Shown piece after piece: positions 10,826 to 20,000 of a stretch of 20,000 nucleotides of DNA. Source of the DNA: Mesotaenium endlicherianum (Eukaryota); NCBI GenBank assembly GCA_009602735.1, contig WELA01003469.1, positions 434,045-454,044 on the forward strand. Reading direction: 5' to 3'. A program made the translations under genes and the position numbers. The number at the start of each line of letters is the position of its first letter. The stretch's first letter is position 1. The notes beneath the pieces were generated by a model. The model worked only from the letters and a program-made list of their open reading frames with translations. It was not told the origin of the DNA and searched no databases.

Positions 10826-11537
10826 ATTTCTGGTAGAAAATTTCCGAGAGAAAGTAGATTTACCTACTTTTGGCTACGAGACGCTGCCAGACAAAGTGCG
10901 GATTTTTTTCGTATGTTTTTTGACCTCTAAAGAAGTATGAAACGACATGTCGGCCTTACTTAACGGCCTCAAAACGGCCGTTTTCCCCCTTGCCCATTAT
11001 CAGGGTGCTCTCAAGCGACCAATTCGGCACAATATCCTGTTGAAATCATGTTGCAAATAAATATAGTGTAGCCTTTCTCTGCTCTGTTGTGCCTAACAGC
11101 GTCGGACTCGTAGCTTCTCAGCACGTGTGCCTTCAACCTCGTCGACGTGTTGGTGCGTTGCTGCACGTGGGAAAATTGACCGAGTTAATGGTCCCCTGCA
11201 CGTATGTCGGTGACGGCAACCAGTTCCTCACTCTACCTTACCAACACTTAGTGGAAATTTTCAAAAACTTATCTCATCCTCAGCTTCCCTTACACCCCTC
11301 CCTTTCAGCTGAGGCGTCCCAGCCTTTCCGTTGAAAGCCTCTATCTCTTGGCCTTGTGGCTAGGGTTTTTAGGAAGGCAGTCAGGACATTCTCATTGTCC
11401 TGCCATAATCTCCTCTTTACCAATGCAAAAGGTGTGCCAACAAGCACTACACATATCACAAGTTACCATTGCTTCTTAATCATCCCGCACTTTGCAACTG
11501 GCACAAGGTGTGGCTGGCACCAATTCCTCGGGCACAG

Positions 11538-12059
11538 TGTTGTGCGTTACGAGGTCGAGTGCGCACCATAGGCATAAGCAACATATCATAGGCAAGCAGG
11601 CTTTGCTGCAATGGAGTCTATATTACATGTGGCATTATAGCCAAAACGGAAGTCAAATCGAAAATATTCTAATTAAGGAATGTGTACTCTCCAGAGTGAG
11701 CACCTCAAGACTGTAATCTGGTAGGAAAACAACTAATGAAGTATGGCCCAAAAGATCACTGGAAGCACATCATGATCTTCAGAGTAGTCCTATGGCAAGG
11801 GCTTAAGCTGTGACTTTGCTCACCACTTGTGAAGTTCTTCAAGTGACTGGAAGCCTGGAGGGCTTGCTCTTCACAAGAGAGTAACTAAGTGGTCCTGAAA
11901 ACACAAGAGATAAAAGTGTAAGCTTTACTGATAATCTCTGTTACTTAGACCTGGCATAATGGACTTCTAAACGATGTCTCTTCTAGGGACACCTCTAGTA
12001 CTTATACTCCTGGAAATCCGGCGGGGTATGCGGCGGATCCAGTGCATGTAGTCACTCTA
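11538..12059. repeat. Putative LTR segment of a third family (C), interrupted by family B
   Basis: Begins TGT exactly where similarity to 13476-13612 begins; appears to resume after the CTCTA TSD at 12823. Confidence 0.45.
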
Positions 12060-12821
12060 TGAAATGAATCGACTTACCAAATAAGCGATTAACAATTAAT
12101 AAAGATCTTTATATCAGCAAGTAATCTTTATGGTATTTTCCGTTTAACTGGTTTAACGGCAAAGGACGACACACTAGCAGTGAATAATACTCGTCAGTCA
12201 AATGAGAGTAAACTAGCATCAATAATGCAAATCAGTAAACTCATACATAAGCAAGGTTAGAAGACAGTGCGTATCAATGGCTTCTCGCCTTGGATTCAGA
12301 TCTCTCTCAGTAAGCTGTACAAGAGAGTTGGCCTCGTGTCCGAATGCCGAACTCGAGAGCAATGCCTAGCATATGTACATGGAATGAGTTTACTGTTCAA
12401 CGGTCAGTGCGATGGCACCGCCTACCCGGGAGTTAACCACGTTGGTAGGACCTCGGTTAACCAAATCCACCGCCATCTCCCATCATCCCGAATAGCCATC
12501 CATCATAGGGATGTCATCTGGCTATTCATCTAGCATACCGAACTTAGATGCATATCAGGGTAGTTCGCTGCTACCGAGTACGGAAGTCAGCTTGCTGTCA
12601 AAGAATGTGTCAGCAAGCTGACTTATATGGACTTTGAGCCTGCTGCTTTCGACTGAGTCAGCAAACTGATAATTATGTAAAGTCCAGCAAATTGACTATT
12701 AACTAAATTAAAGTCCAGCTGACTGACTATTAACTAAAGTTCAGCAGGCTGAACTTAATTAACTATTCTATTTAAATGAATATTATATCCACTAATATAC
12801 TGATTCATTACAATCCCTCCA
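12060..12821 (-). mobile_element. Second family B copy: 3' LTR (12060-12812) plus PPT; remainder collapsed at N 12822
   Basis: Reverse-complement homologue of 6142-6868; CTCTA at both 12055-12059 and 12823-12827. Confidence 0.9.
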
Positions 12822-12977
12822 NCTCTAGGAGGCTCTCCTATGTCCACTAATGTGTACAAGGCATGTACCAGCACTCCTATAGGCTAAGCATCACTCAAAC
12901 CAATCAAAGCAAGGTGCGTAGGATATGCTACGTGTCCCTCATTGGCCGAGCTTACCTTGGGTGATTCTACCTAGATN

Positions 12978-13114
12978 TACAGCCCTCTAGGTTTGTCAGC
13001 TGGCCTTCTAAAGAACCCTGTTTGCTCTAAAGTTGGCCCTCGGGGAGAATGGAGGATGGTGGCCTGCTCTTCAACCACTTGGGTGTTGATTCCCACATAG
13101 ACAGGCATTCCAGT
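12978..13114 (-). repeat. Family B internal fragment between single Ns
   Basis: Inverted homologue of ~5844-5978; encodes GMPVYVGINTQVVEEQATILHSPRGPTLEQTGFFRRPAD. Confidence 0.9.
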
Positions 13115-13475
13115 NCTTATGTAGGCTAAGGGGCTCGCGGATTTGTGCGCACAAAGCTTGGGGTCACGAAGAGCCATTAATGTCACCTTTGGGGACATTG
13201 AGTCACAAATTGGGCCTTGGGAAAGTTTCGCTAGGGACCGGTAGGTGACGCGGACTAGATCGCACCTATCTCGCTTGATACTTGACCAAATGACGCGAAA
13301 TTGGTGCCATTCGGAAGATGCTTCAACACGCTACACGTTGGTGACTTGGAAATCTAGAAAAGGTCAACATAAAAATGCGTAAAGTCAATGCAAAGTCGGC
13401 CTTCCTAGGTTGATGTTCCGCACATGTGGAGCTTGGTTTTTATACGACAACCTCGACTTAATAAATCATGACAGC

Positions 13476-13612
13476 TGTCGTGCGTTACGAGGTCGAGTGC
13501 GCACCATAGGCATAAGCAACACATCATAGGCAAGCAGGCTTTGTTGCAATGAATTCTATAATACATGTGGCGTTATAGCCAAAAAGGGAGTCAAGTCGAA
13601 AATGTTTTAATT
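13476..13612 (+). repeat. Diverged direct repeat of 11538-11674 (putative family C LTR terminus)
   Basis: Collinear 137-bp match starting TGT(T/C)GTGCGTTACGAGGTCGAGTGCGCACCATAGGC. Confidence 0.88.
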
Positions 13613-13634
13613 CCCCCCCCAGCTCTCAGCCTCN

Positions 13635-13728
13635 GCCTGCGTTCTTTGTCCATTTGACAAAGGCATGCTTTCCCTTAGAGAAGTACTCTCTTCCCCTCCT
13701 CCTATGTTCCTTGGTCTCTGCATTCATA
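13635..13728 (-). repeat. Family B internal fragment spanning the empty site of the family A insertion
   Basis: Reads ...CTCTAAGGGAAAGCATGCCTTTGTCAAATGG; matches GAAAACATGCCTTCGTCAAATGG from 5330. Confidence 0.85.
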
Positions 13729-13729
13729 N

Positions 13730-13870
13730 ATCTTCGCAGAACCAGTCTCCAGCTGGCACGCGGGCCACCGGCGGGTCGAGGCAGCCGATGTGGAAGCCAA
13801 GGTTGCAGCTGTCGCAGAGCAGCATCTTGGCCTCCTGGCCAGTGCTGTGACAGATCTGGCACGCCCAGTC
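13730..13870 (-). other. PHD finger (C4HC3) at the integrase C-terminus
   Basis: DWACQICHSTGQEAKMLLCDSCNLGFHIGCLDPPVARVPAGDWFCED; the last Cys would fall at the N. Confidence 0.92.
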
Positions 13871-13899
13871 CTTGGGCGGCCGCGCGTCGCTGGGACGGA

Positions 13900-16690
13900 C
13901 CTGCAAGTCAAGGTTAGGAAGGTGGCACGGCCCACAATTCTTCGTGTGGTCCTTGTGAAGACGGCCATCTGCGCCTTCCAGCTCCAGGACTCCTGATGCC
14001 AAGGCACGCTTGACGCGCAGGATGACCGGCGAGCTGCTGGTGTCGAGGGTGTTCTTCGTNCGAGGGTGTTTTTCGTCTGGCGTCGCAGGTACACGAAGTC
14101 TCCTGCGAAAAACTGCAACACCTGCGGATGATAGGCTCCTCCACAAGTCATGGCGTACCTCAGTGTGTCGCGATGCTGTGCGATGCTGAGGCTATCCATG
14201 GCCATGGGCATCAGGCGCCGAAAGAGCTGAGCACGCTGCCCGATAAGAGCACTCCATATCTCGGGACTGTCTAAGTCCAAGACGTTCTCGGCCACAGTCC
14301 TGGCTGCTGCTGGCAGGATGGGCTGTCGGCCGTAGAGAAGGAAGTAGGGAGAGTGCGAGGCCAAGGAGGCCTGCTTATTGAACCTGTACCCCATCGCTAG
14401 CCAAGGGAGGGCGTCGTCCCAGTGGGTACGGTCGTGGGCAAGGCAGTACTTCCGCAACCCTAGCTTGACGGTCTGCACCATGCGCTCGGCGAGGCCGTCA
14501 GCCTGAGGATGATCACGGGAGGTGGTGCGGTGGTCGATCATAGAGCGCTCCAGCAGCTTCTGAAAGCTGCCCTGGAACTCCTTGCCCTAGTCGGTCAGCA
14601 CCTCAACGCAGCCGCCAAAACGGCTAAGGACCTGATCGAGGAAGGCCTGAGCGATCCCCTCACTGGCCTTGCTGGGCAAGGGCACGAGCTCGATCCACTT
14701 GGACATGTGCTCAATCATCACCAAGACGTAGAGGTTGCCCTGGCGAGACTTGGGCAGCTCTCCAGCCAAGTCAAGCAACCACCTGTAGAACAGCCCCTGA
14801 ATAGGAAGGGGGCTGAGGGCAACGGTGCGCGCTGTGAAGCTCGAGCACACACGGTCGCAGAGAGTGCAGCTGCTGACGACAGCGGCGACGACCTTAGTCA
14901 TGCCGTGCCACCAGTACTTGGCTTGAAGAAGACTGAGGGTGCGCTTGACACCGAAGTGCCCGAAGGACTCGTGCACTTGGCGCCACAGCTGACTGCGTAT
15001 GGCAGGCTCAGGGACCACCAGGACGGAGCCGTCCGCCATCGCGCGCCGCACGCGCCCCTCCATGAAAATGAAGTCGCGGCTGCGCCTGAGGATGCGGTCG
15101 CGCTCGCGTGCGCTGACATCGGGTGCCAACTCCTTGGCCGTGACAAACTGCAGCACTGGGGCGTCGTCCCACACGTCTTCAGGACCGCGCTGCCAGCTGT
15201 CCTGATCCTCTGCCGCTGCCAGGGCCAATCGCCGAGTGGTGACGGTCACCATGTCCAGGCTAGTGAGCCCTGCGGGCCGCACATCGCCGTCCACGGTGAA
15301 GGCCAGGAAGGCCGCCACGTGCCAGGCCACCGGTTCATCCTCATCGTGGCGGGCCACAGTGAGATCCCTCAAGGAGGGCAGCGGGTTACGGCTGAGACCG
15401 TCAGCGTCCAGGTTGGTCAAGCCTGGACGGTGGTGCACGTCGAAGGTGTACTCTTGCAAGATAAGCGCCCACCGTGCGTACTTGCCGGTCAAGCGCTCCG
15501 ACGTCATGAGCCACTTAAGTGGCTGATGGTCGGTGACCAGGCGGAAGTGCGTGCCGTAGAGATAGTGCCTGAAGTGCATGATTGCCCAGATCGCTGCCAG
15601 GCACTCCCCCTCGTAGGAGCCGTAGTTGCCTACCGCGCGGTTGTTGCTGCGGCTGGCGTAGGCCACCACATGCTCAAAGCCGTCATGCTCCTGCACTAGC
15701 ACAGCGCCCAGCCCTGCCTGCGACCAGTCGGTGTGGAGGATAAAGGGCTTCGCGTAGTCAGGACGCCGAAGCACCGGAGCGCTCACCAGCAGCTCCTTGA
15801 GCTTATCGAATGCCGCCTGCTGCTCTGGTCCCCACACGTAGGCAACGCCCTTGCGGAGCAAGTCGTTGAGCGGCTTGGCTAGCTCGCTGAACCCTGGCAC
15901 AAAGCGGCGGTAGTAGTTGGCGATGCCAAGGAAGGCCCGCAGCTGCGAGAGATCTGTAGGAGGTGGGATGCCTGTGATGGCCGAGATCTTCGCTAGCTGG
16001 GGTGCCAAGCCGCTGGAGGAGAGCAGGTGGCCAAGGTACTCCACCTCGCGGGTCCCAAAAGTGCACTTGCCTGGATGGCACTTGAGCCCAGCGGCCTCCA
16101 AGCGGTCCAGGACGCAGTGATGTGCGCCACGTGCTCCTCAAACGTCTGACTGAAGACAAGCACGTCATTGATGTAGCATCGGGCAAAGGACAGCCCGGCC
16201 GGCTCCTTATCCATCACCCTCTGAAAGGTAGCTGGCGCGTTCTTCAACCCAAACGGCATCACCACCCACTCGTAGAGCCGCTGTGCTCCCCAGAACGCCG
16301 TCTTATGTGGGTCCTCCTCGGCGATGGGAATCTGGTTGAAGCCCTGACGCAGATCCAGCACTGAGAACCAAGTGCACGTGCCAATGTTGTCAAAGATCTC
16401 GTCAAGCGTCGGCATAGGATATCTGTCCAGCTCGATGACCTCGTTCAGCCTACGATAGTCACCGCACATCCTGTCTGCGCGCTGATCAAGCCATCCTTGA
16501 AGTGGCTGTAGCGATAACGCTTCAGGAAAACGGGCTCCTGCGACGTAAGAGTAATCCGCATGGGGTCCCCCCTGTAGCGCCCGAGATCGTGCATGCCGCT
16601 GGCAAAGCTGGTGCTGCGCCTCCCGTCCAGCAGTGCCGTCAACTGTGCAGCCTGCGCCTTGGTGAGTGTCCCCCCCAGCTTCCATGTCGG
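13900..16690 (-). pseudogene. pol: RT - RNase H - integrase of the DNMT-Gypsy element, disrupted
   Basis: [38 protein letters not shown] (for YIDD), LRAFLGIANYYRRF, HTDWS, YEGECLA, TDHQPL, HESFGHFG..CTLC, LDLAG, LTD*G, HPQADGLAER. Lesions: deletion ~16475, 1-nt loss ~16113, stop 14587-14589, N junction 14060. Confidence 0.95.
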
Positions 16691-16815
16691 TGGAGCTGGT
16701 GGCGTCGCCTGGCCTGCAGTTGGAGTCTCCTGTCTTGCCGCTGGGGTAGACTCTGGTGCTGCAGGTGTCACCTGCCCTGCAGCGGTTGGCGCTTGGCCTG
16801 CCGCGGGTACCTGCA
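16685..16815 (-). repeat. Degenerate ~21-bp (7-aa) coding repeat, (T/V)PAAGQx, in the DNMT-RT linker
   Basis: [42 protein letters not shown]. Confidence 0.75.
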
Positions 16816-17149
16816 CCGTGGCAGCTGCGGCCAGCTGCCTGGCACCGTCTGCCTGCGAGCGAGGAAAAAGAAAGGGTGACCGGGACATCCTGGGTGACCG
16901 AGACTCCCTAAGTCGCTGTGAGGACTCCTCTCTCCGCCGTCTCCCCCCCAGCGAACCAGAGTCCTCCCTGCGCGGCGGTGGGGAGGGGGGGCGGGCGCGC
17001 ACCTGCGGTGCAGGCCCTGCGCGCTAAGGATGCCACGTCGTGCCGGGCGGGGCCTGATTGTCATCGTCGGTGGAGTCATCGTCCATATCATCGGCAGGCC
17101 TCGGCAGCTCGGGATGCCGGGCTGCGGCGTAGAGAGGCGCCAAGGCCTG

Positions 17150-18100
17150 CGTCTGCAGCAAAATCCACGTGAGGACGTTGGCGTCGATCACCTGCCCCAA
17201 GAGGCGAATGCGGTTCACCTCAGTGGGACCGTCCACCTGTGTGAGATGCGGCGGGAAGCCCATGGCACGCTCCATCTCCGCAGAGCGCGGCCTGTCAAAC
17301 ATGCCAGTCTCCAGGTCAATGACCATCCCGCGCTGATCTCCGACGAAGGCGTCGCTGTCGTAGCGGCTGACAAAAGTCGGCAGCGCGCGAGTGACGTCAT
17401 GCTGGACCTCACACTGCGCCATGGAGGGATGTGGTAGTGCAGTCACGCACTGGGCCAGACGAGGGGCGTCGAGGATGGAGTCAACGGTTCGTGGGTTACG
17501 TTGATGAGAGGCGGCCATTGCCTCGAGATTACCTGGCATCGCCAGGTTTGTGAAGTAGGCGCGGACGCGGTGCGTGAAGGAACCAATCTGGGCAGCGTCG
17601 ATGACGGCCTCGCAGCCGACGTAGCTGCTGCAAAGAGCAAAGTCGGAGCTAACATCGGGTCGATAATCGTGGCGCGCGGCCACGTTCTCCAGGACCCACG
17701 CGCGTGTGTGCGGCGGCTGGCGATCCAAAAAAATTTGAGGACGCGGAGCAAGTGCCAAAAGAGGGCCGTGCGGGGATCGCTGAGCGCCCTGCCACGCCCG
17801 GCTCTGGAGAAACCCTGGCACTCCCAACCGGCGATGACGAGGTCATTTGTCTCAAGGCGGGTGACATGCTCGACGGTGATGTCGCGGATGTCCATGGGCC
17901 AGTCTGTCTGAGCGCGGCGGAATGCGTGCGCGGGAAGGAGGTCTAGGAACCGCTCGTGGCACAACGCCATCTGTTAACGGGCCACCTGCTGGGCCTTAGG
18001 ATCGGGATCAACGTAGACGTAGCGGCGCACCGGGATGCCGGCCTGTAAGGTCGCGAGCAACCCGGTGGCGATGCCGGCGAAGAGCTCGATGAGGACAATG
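17150..18100 (-). pseudogene. C5 cytosine DNA methyltransferase domain (DNMT3-like motifs), disrupted by one stop (17974-17976) and one frameshift (A7 run 17727-17733)
   Basis: Motif I LIELFAGIATG, II YVYVD, III DIRDI, IV DLVIAGWECQGFS (Cys 17818-17820), VI VLENV (17681-17689), VIII DAAQIGSFTHRVRAYFTNL, IX EMERAMGFPPHLT, X RIRLLGQVID, all in canonical order. Confidence 0.93.
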
Positions 18101-18879
18101 CCGCCAGGCCGCTCGTCTAGAGCGTCTGCGCAGATAGGAGTCGGAAGTGGGCGACACCCCATTGCAGGGGTGCCGGGCTGAGCGGGCAGCGGGAAGGTAC
18201 GCTCGGCGCTGTGCTGATGTGGCGCCATGCGGAGGGCGGCCACAGCACGGTCTGCGTAGTCACGCGTAAGGCTAGGGATGCAGTTAGTGAGCGGCTGCGG
18301 ACGCTCCTCCCGTGCGTGGTCCTGATAGGTGCGCCACCGCAGGCGCGCATCCTGCAGGGCTGGAGAGACAGCGCGGGACTGACGTCGGTCCTAGGCCACG
18401 CACAGCTGCTGCCACCTGTCGCGCTGGGCGCGGTCAGTCTGGTGCGAGGCCGCGTGGGCCAGATGGTCGAGAACGGGATGCTGTGTTAAGTAGGGGTGCA
18501 GGTCGAAGTAGGCCCGTTGGCGTGCGCGCATGTCTGCAGAGGGGACTGTGCAGACGGAGCGCTCGGAGCTGTCGACCTCCTGCGGGGACCAAACTAACCG
18601 GCGAGGGGCCAGTTGGACTCGCGGCCAAGGCTGCCCTCGTGGGACGGGCGCGTCTCGGGGTTGCCGGAGACTAGGCATGAGCCGTGTGCATGCGGCGGCC
18701 GTAGATGGGTGGCGACTGGGCGGCCTGCTGTCGATGCGGGCCACCTTGGGAGGAGGTGACCCGGAGGGACCGTCGCCAGCGATGTGGCTGCGAGGGACGC
18801 TGGCGCGCGGAGCTGTAGGGGCCAGCATCACATAATGCGCCTCGGAATAAGACTGAGCGTCGTCGCCAACTGAGAGGGG

Positions 18880-19100
18880 CCGGAAGGGCGGAGTGCGGCG
18901 TCGGTCTCGAGTGTCGTCGTATGGCGGCGTGTCCCCGCGGGCCCGCGTGTCGTCGTAAGGAGGCGTGCGCTCCCTGTCGTCGTAGGGCGGCGTGATGGAG
19001 CGGGCTCGCGTCTCGCGGAGGGGAGTCACCTCTCACGTCTCGCAAAGGGGTGTCAGCGATCGGGAGCGGCTCGTCTCGCGGAGAGGAGTGGTCTCTCGAG
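18880..19100 (-). repeat. Coding repeats TPLRET x3 and TPPYDD x3 upstream of the DNMT
   Basis: TTPLRETSRSRSLTPLCET*EVTPLRETRARSITPPYDDRERTPPYDDTRARGDTPPYDDTRDRRRTPPF. Confidence 0.8.
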
Positions 19101-20000
19101 CGGGCCCGATGGTCGGCCTAGTGCAATGTGCGTAGGTCAGATGGGCGCAGATAGACGGGGTCGTGCGGGGTGGCTCGCGGACGCTGAGCCTGGGCGCTGG
19201 CTGCTGTATGGAGTGTGTGCCAGCGCTAGAGGAGGCCGTGGCAGCCTGGCTTGTCGCAAACAAATGCACGATGCGGCGACACACGTGGCTCGTCGAGCAG
19301 TCGTGTGACACTGGACGGCTGGGTCTAGCGGCGTCGGTGCGAGCCTTGCTGGGCCAGTCGTGTGTCATGGGCTGGCTGGGTGCGCTGAAGCCGGGCGGAC
19401 CAGTAGGTGCGCGGTGCCTGCGTGCCGTAGGCGCAGCTGGCGGGGGCTCCGCGCTGAGTACCTCGACGGATGCCTCTGGCAGTCGCTCCCACTGTGTCTC
19501 CTCCTCACTCTTGAGGGACTGGTCGTCGGATCTGCCAGGAGAAGCTGCCTGCCGCATGACCTCGTCCTCGGATGCCGTGGTGCGAGGCCAGGTCTCACCG
19601 GTCTGATGCGAGGCGTCGTGAGGGGGCGGCTGAGAGTCCATACTGTACTGAATGGCCACGCCAACAGGCACGTCGTGGCAAACGGGGACGTCGGTCCTCG
19701 CGGACGGCTCGCCGCGAGAGGCCAAGACCCCCTGATGAGCTGTAGGCGCTGCGGCCGCACCGCGAGCAAGGGCGGCGGCAGCGATGGCTGTGCTGGCCGT
19801 GGCGAGGGCCTCAGTGCCATCGTTTGCCATCTGCCGCATCATCGCGCTGTGGGCAGTGCAGATGCGGATCTGCTCCCTGGCCTGGGCTGCCAGGACATCC
19901 GCCTGCTGCTGCGGCGTGAGGTGGAGCTCGGCACTAGGTAGGTCCGGCTCCTCGTCCTGTGGCTCGAGCAGGTCCACCCCCACAGAGATCTCCTCGTCCT

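Larger units (their letters stand above)
13730..20000 (-). mobile_element. GC-rich, decayed Ty3/Gypsy retrotransposon: linker - DNMT - RT - RNaseH - INT - PHD; 5' part outside window, 3' end cut at N 13729
   Basis: ORFs 19033-19983, 18391-19029, 17974-18243 and 17443-17970 share one frame across single stops; 17024-17827 and 16445-17002 share a frame; 14587-16101 and 13702-14541 share a frame. Confidence 0.93.

Noticed and set aside
6151..12812. The two family B LTRs as ends of one element or as giant TIRs
   Set aside because: They are inverted, each has its own PPT, and flanks differ: two independent insertions.
14509..15699. 396-aa plus-strand ORF
   Set aside because: Antisense shadow of GC-rich pol; no recognisable motif.
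17024..18243. Host DNMT3/DRM gene or bacterial restriction-modification methylase
   Set aside because: No introns, no PWWP/UBA domains, no motif permutation and no restriction gene; frame-continuous with retrotransposon pol.

Overview
Eukaryotic, repeat-only window, probably from a plant or green/streptophyte alga (inferred from the tRNA-iMet-type PBS and element types); no host gene recognised. (1) 1-5329 (-): an apparently intact Ty3/Gypsy chromovirus: 503-bp 5' LTR, PBS, gag, -1 frameshift, then PR-RT-RNaseH-INT-chromodomain pol open to the window edge. (2) It is inserted into the 3' coding region of a second LTR element, family B (5330-6868, +), which has an unknown, apparently selected 3' protein, a PPT and a 718-bp LTR. 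(3) ~6870-11530: unassigned DNA, a gapped CT-rich low-complexity tract and short repeats. (4) 11538-13728: a mosaic of LTR pieces joined by single Ns, including an inverted family B LTR flanked by a CTCTA target-site duplication. (5) 13730-20000 (-), the highlight: a GC-rich, decayed Gypsy element whose polyprotein carries a complete DNMT3-like C5 cytosine DNA methyltransferase domain upstream of RT-RNaseH-INT and ends in a PHD finger, i.e. a DNA-methylation writer plus a histone reader in one retrotransposon. All calls are by eye, without database searches.
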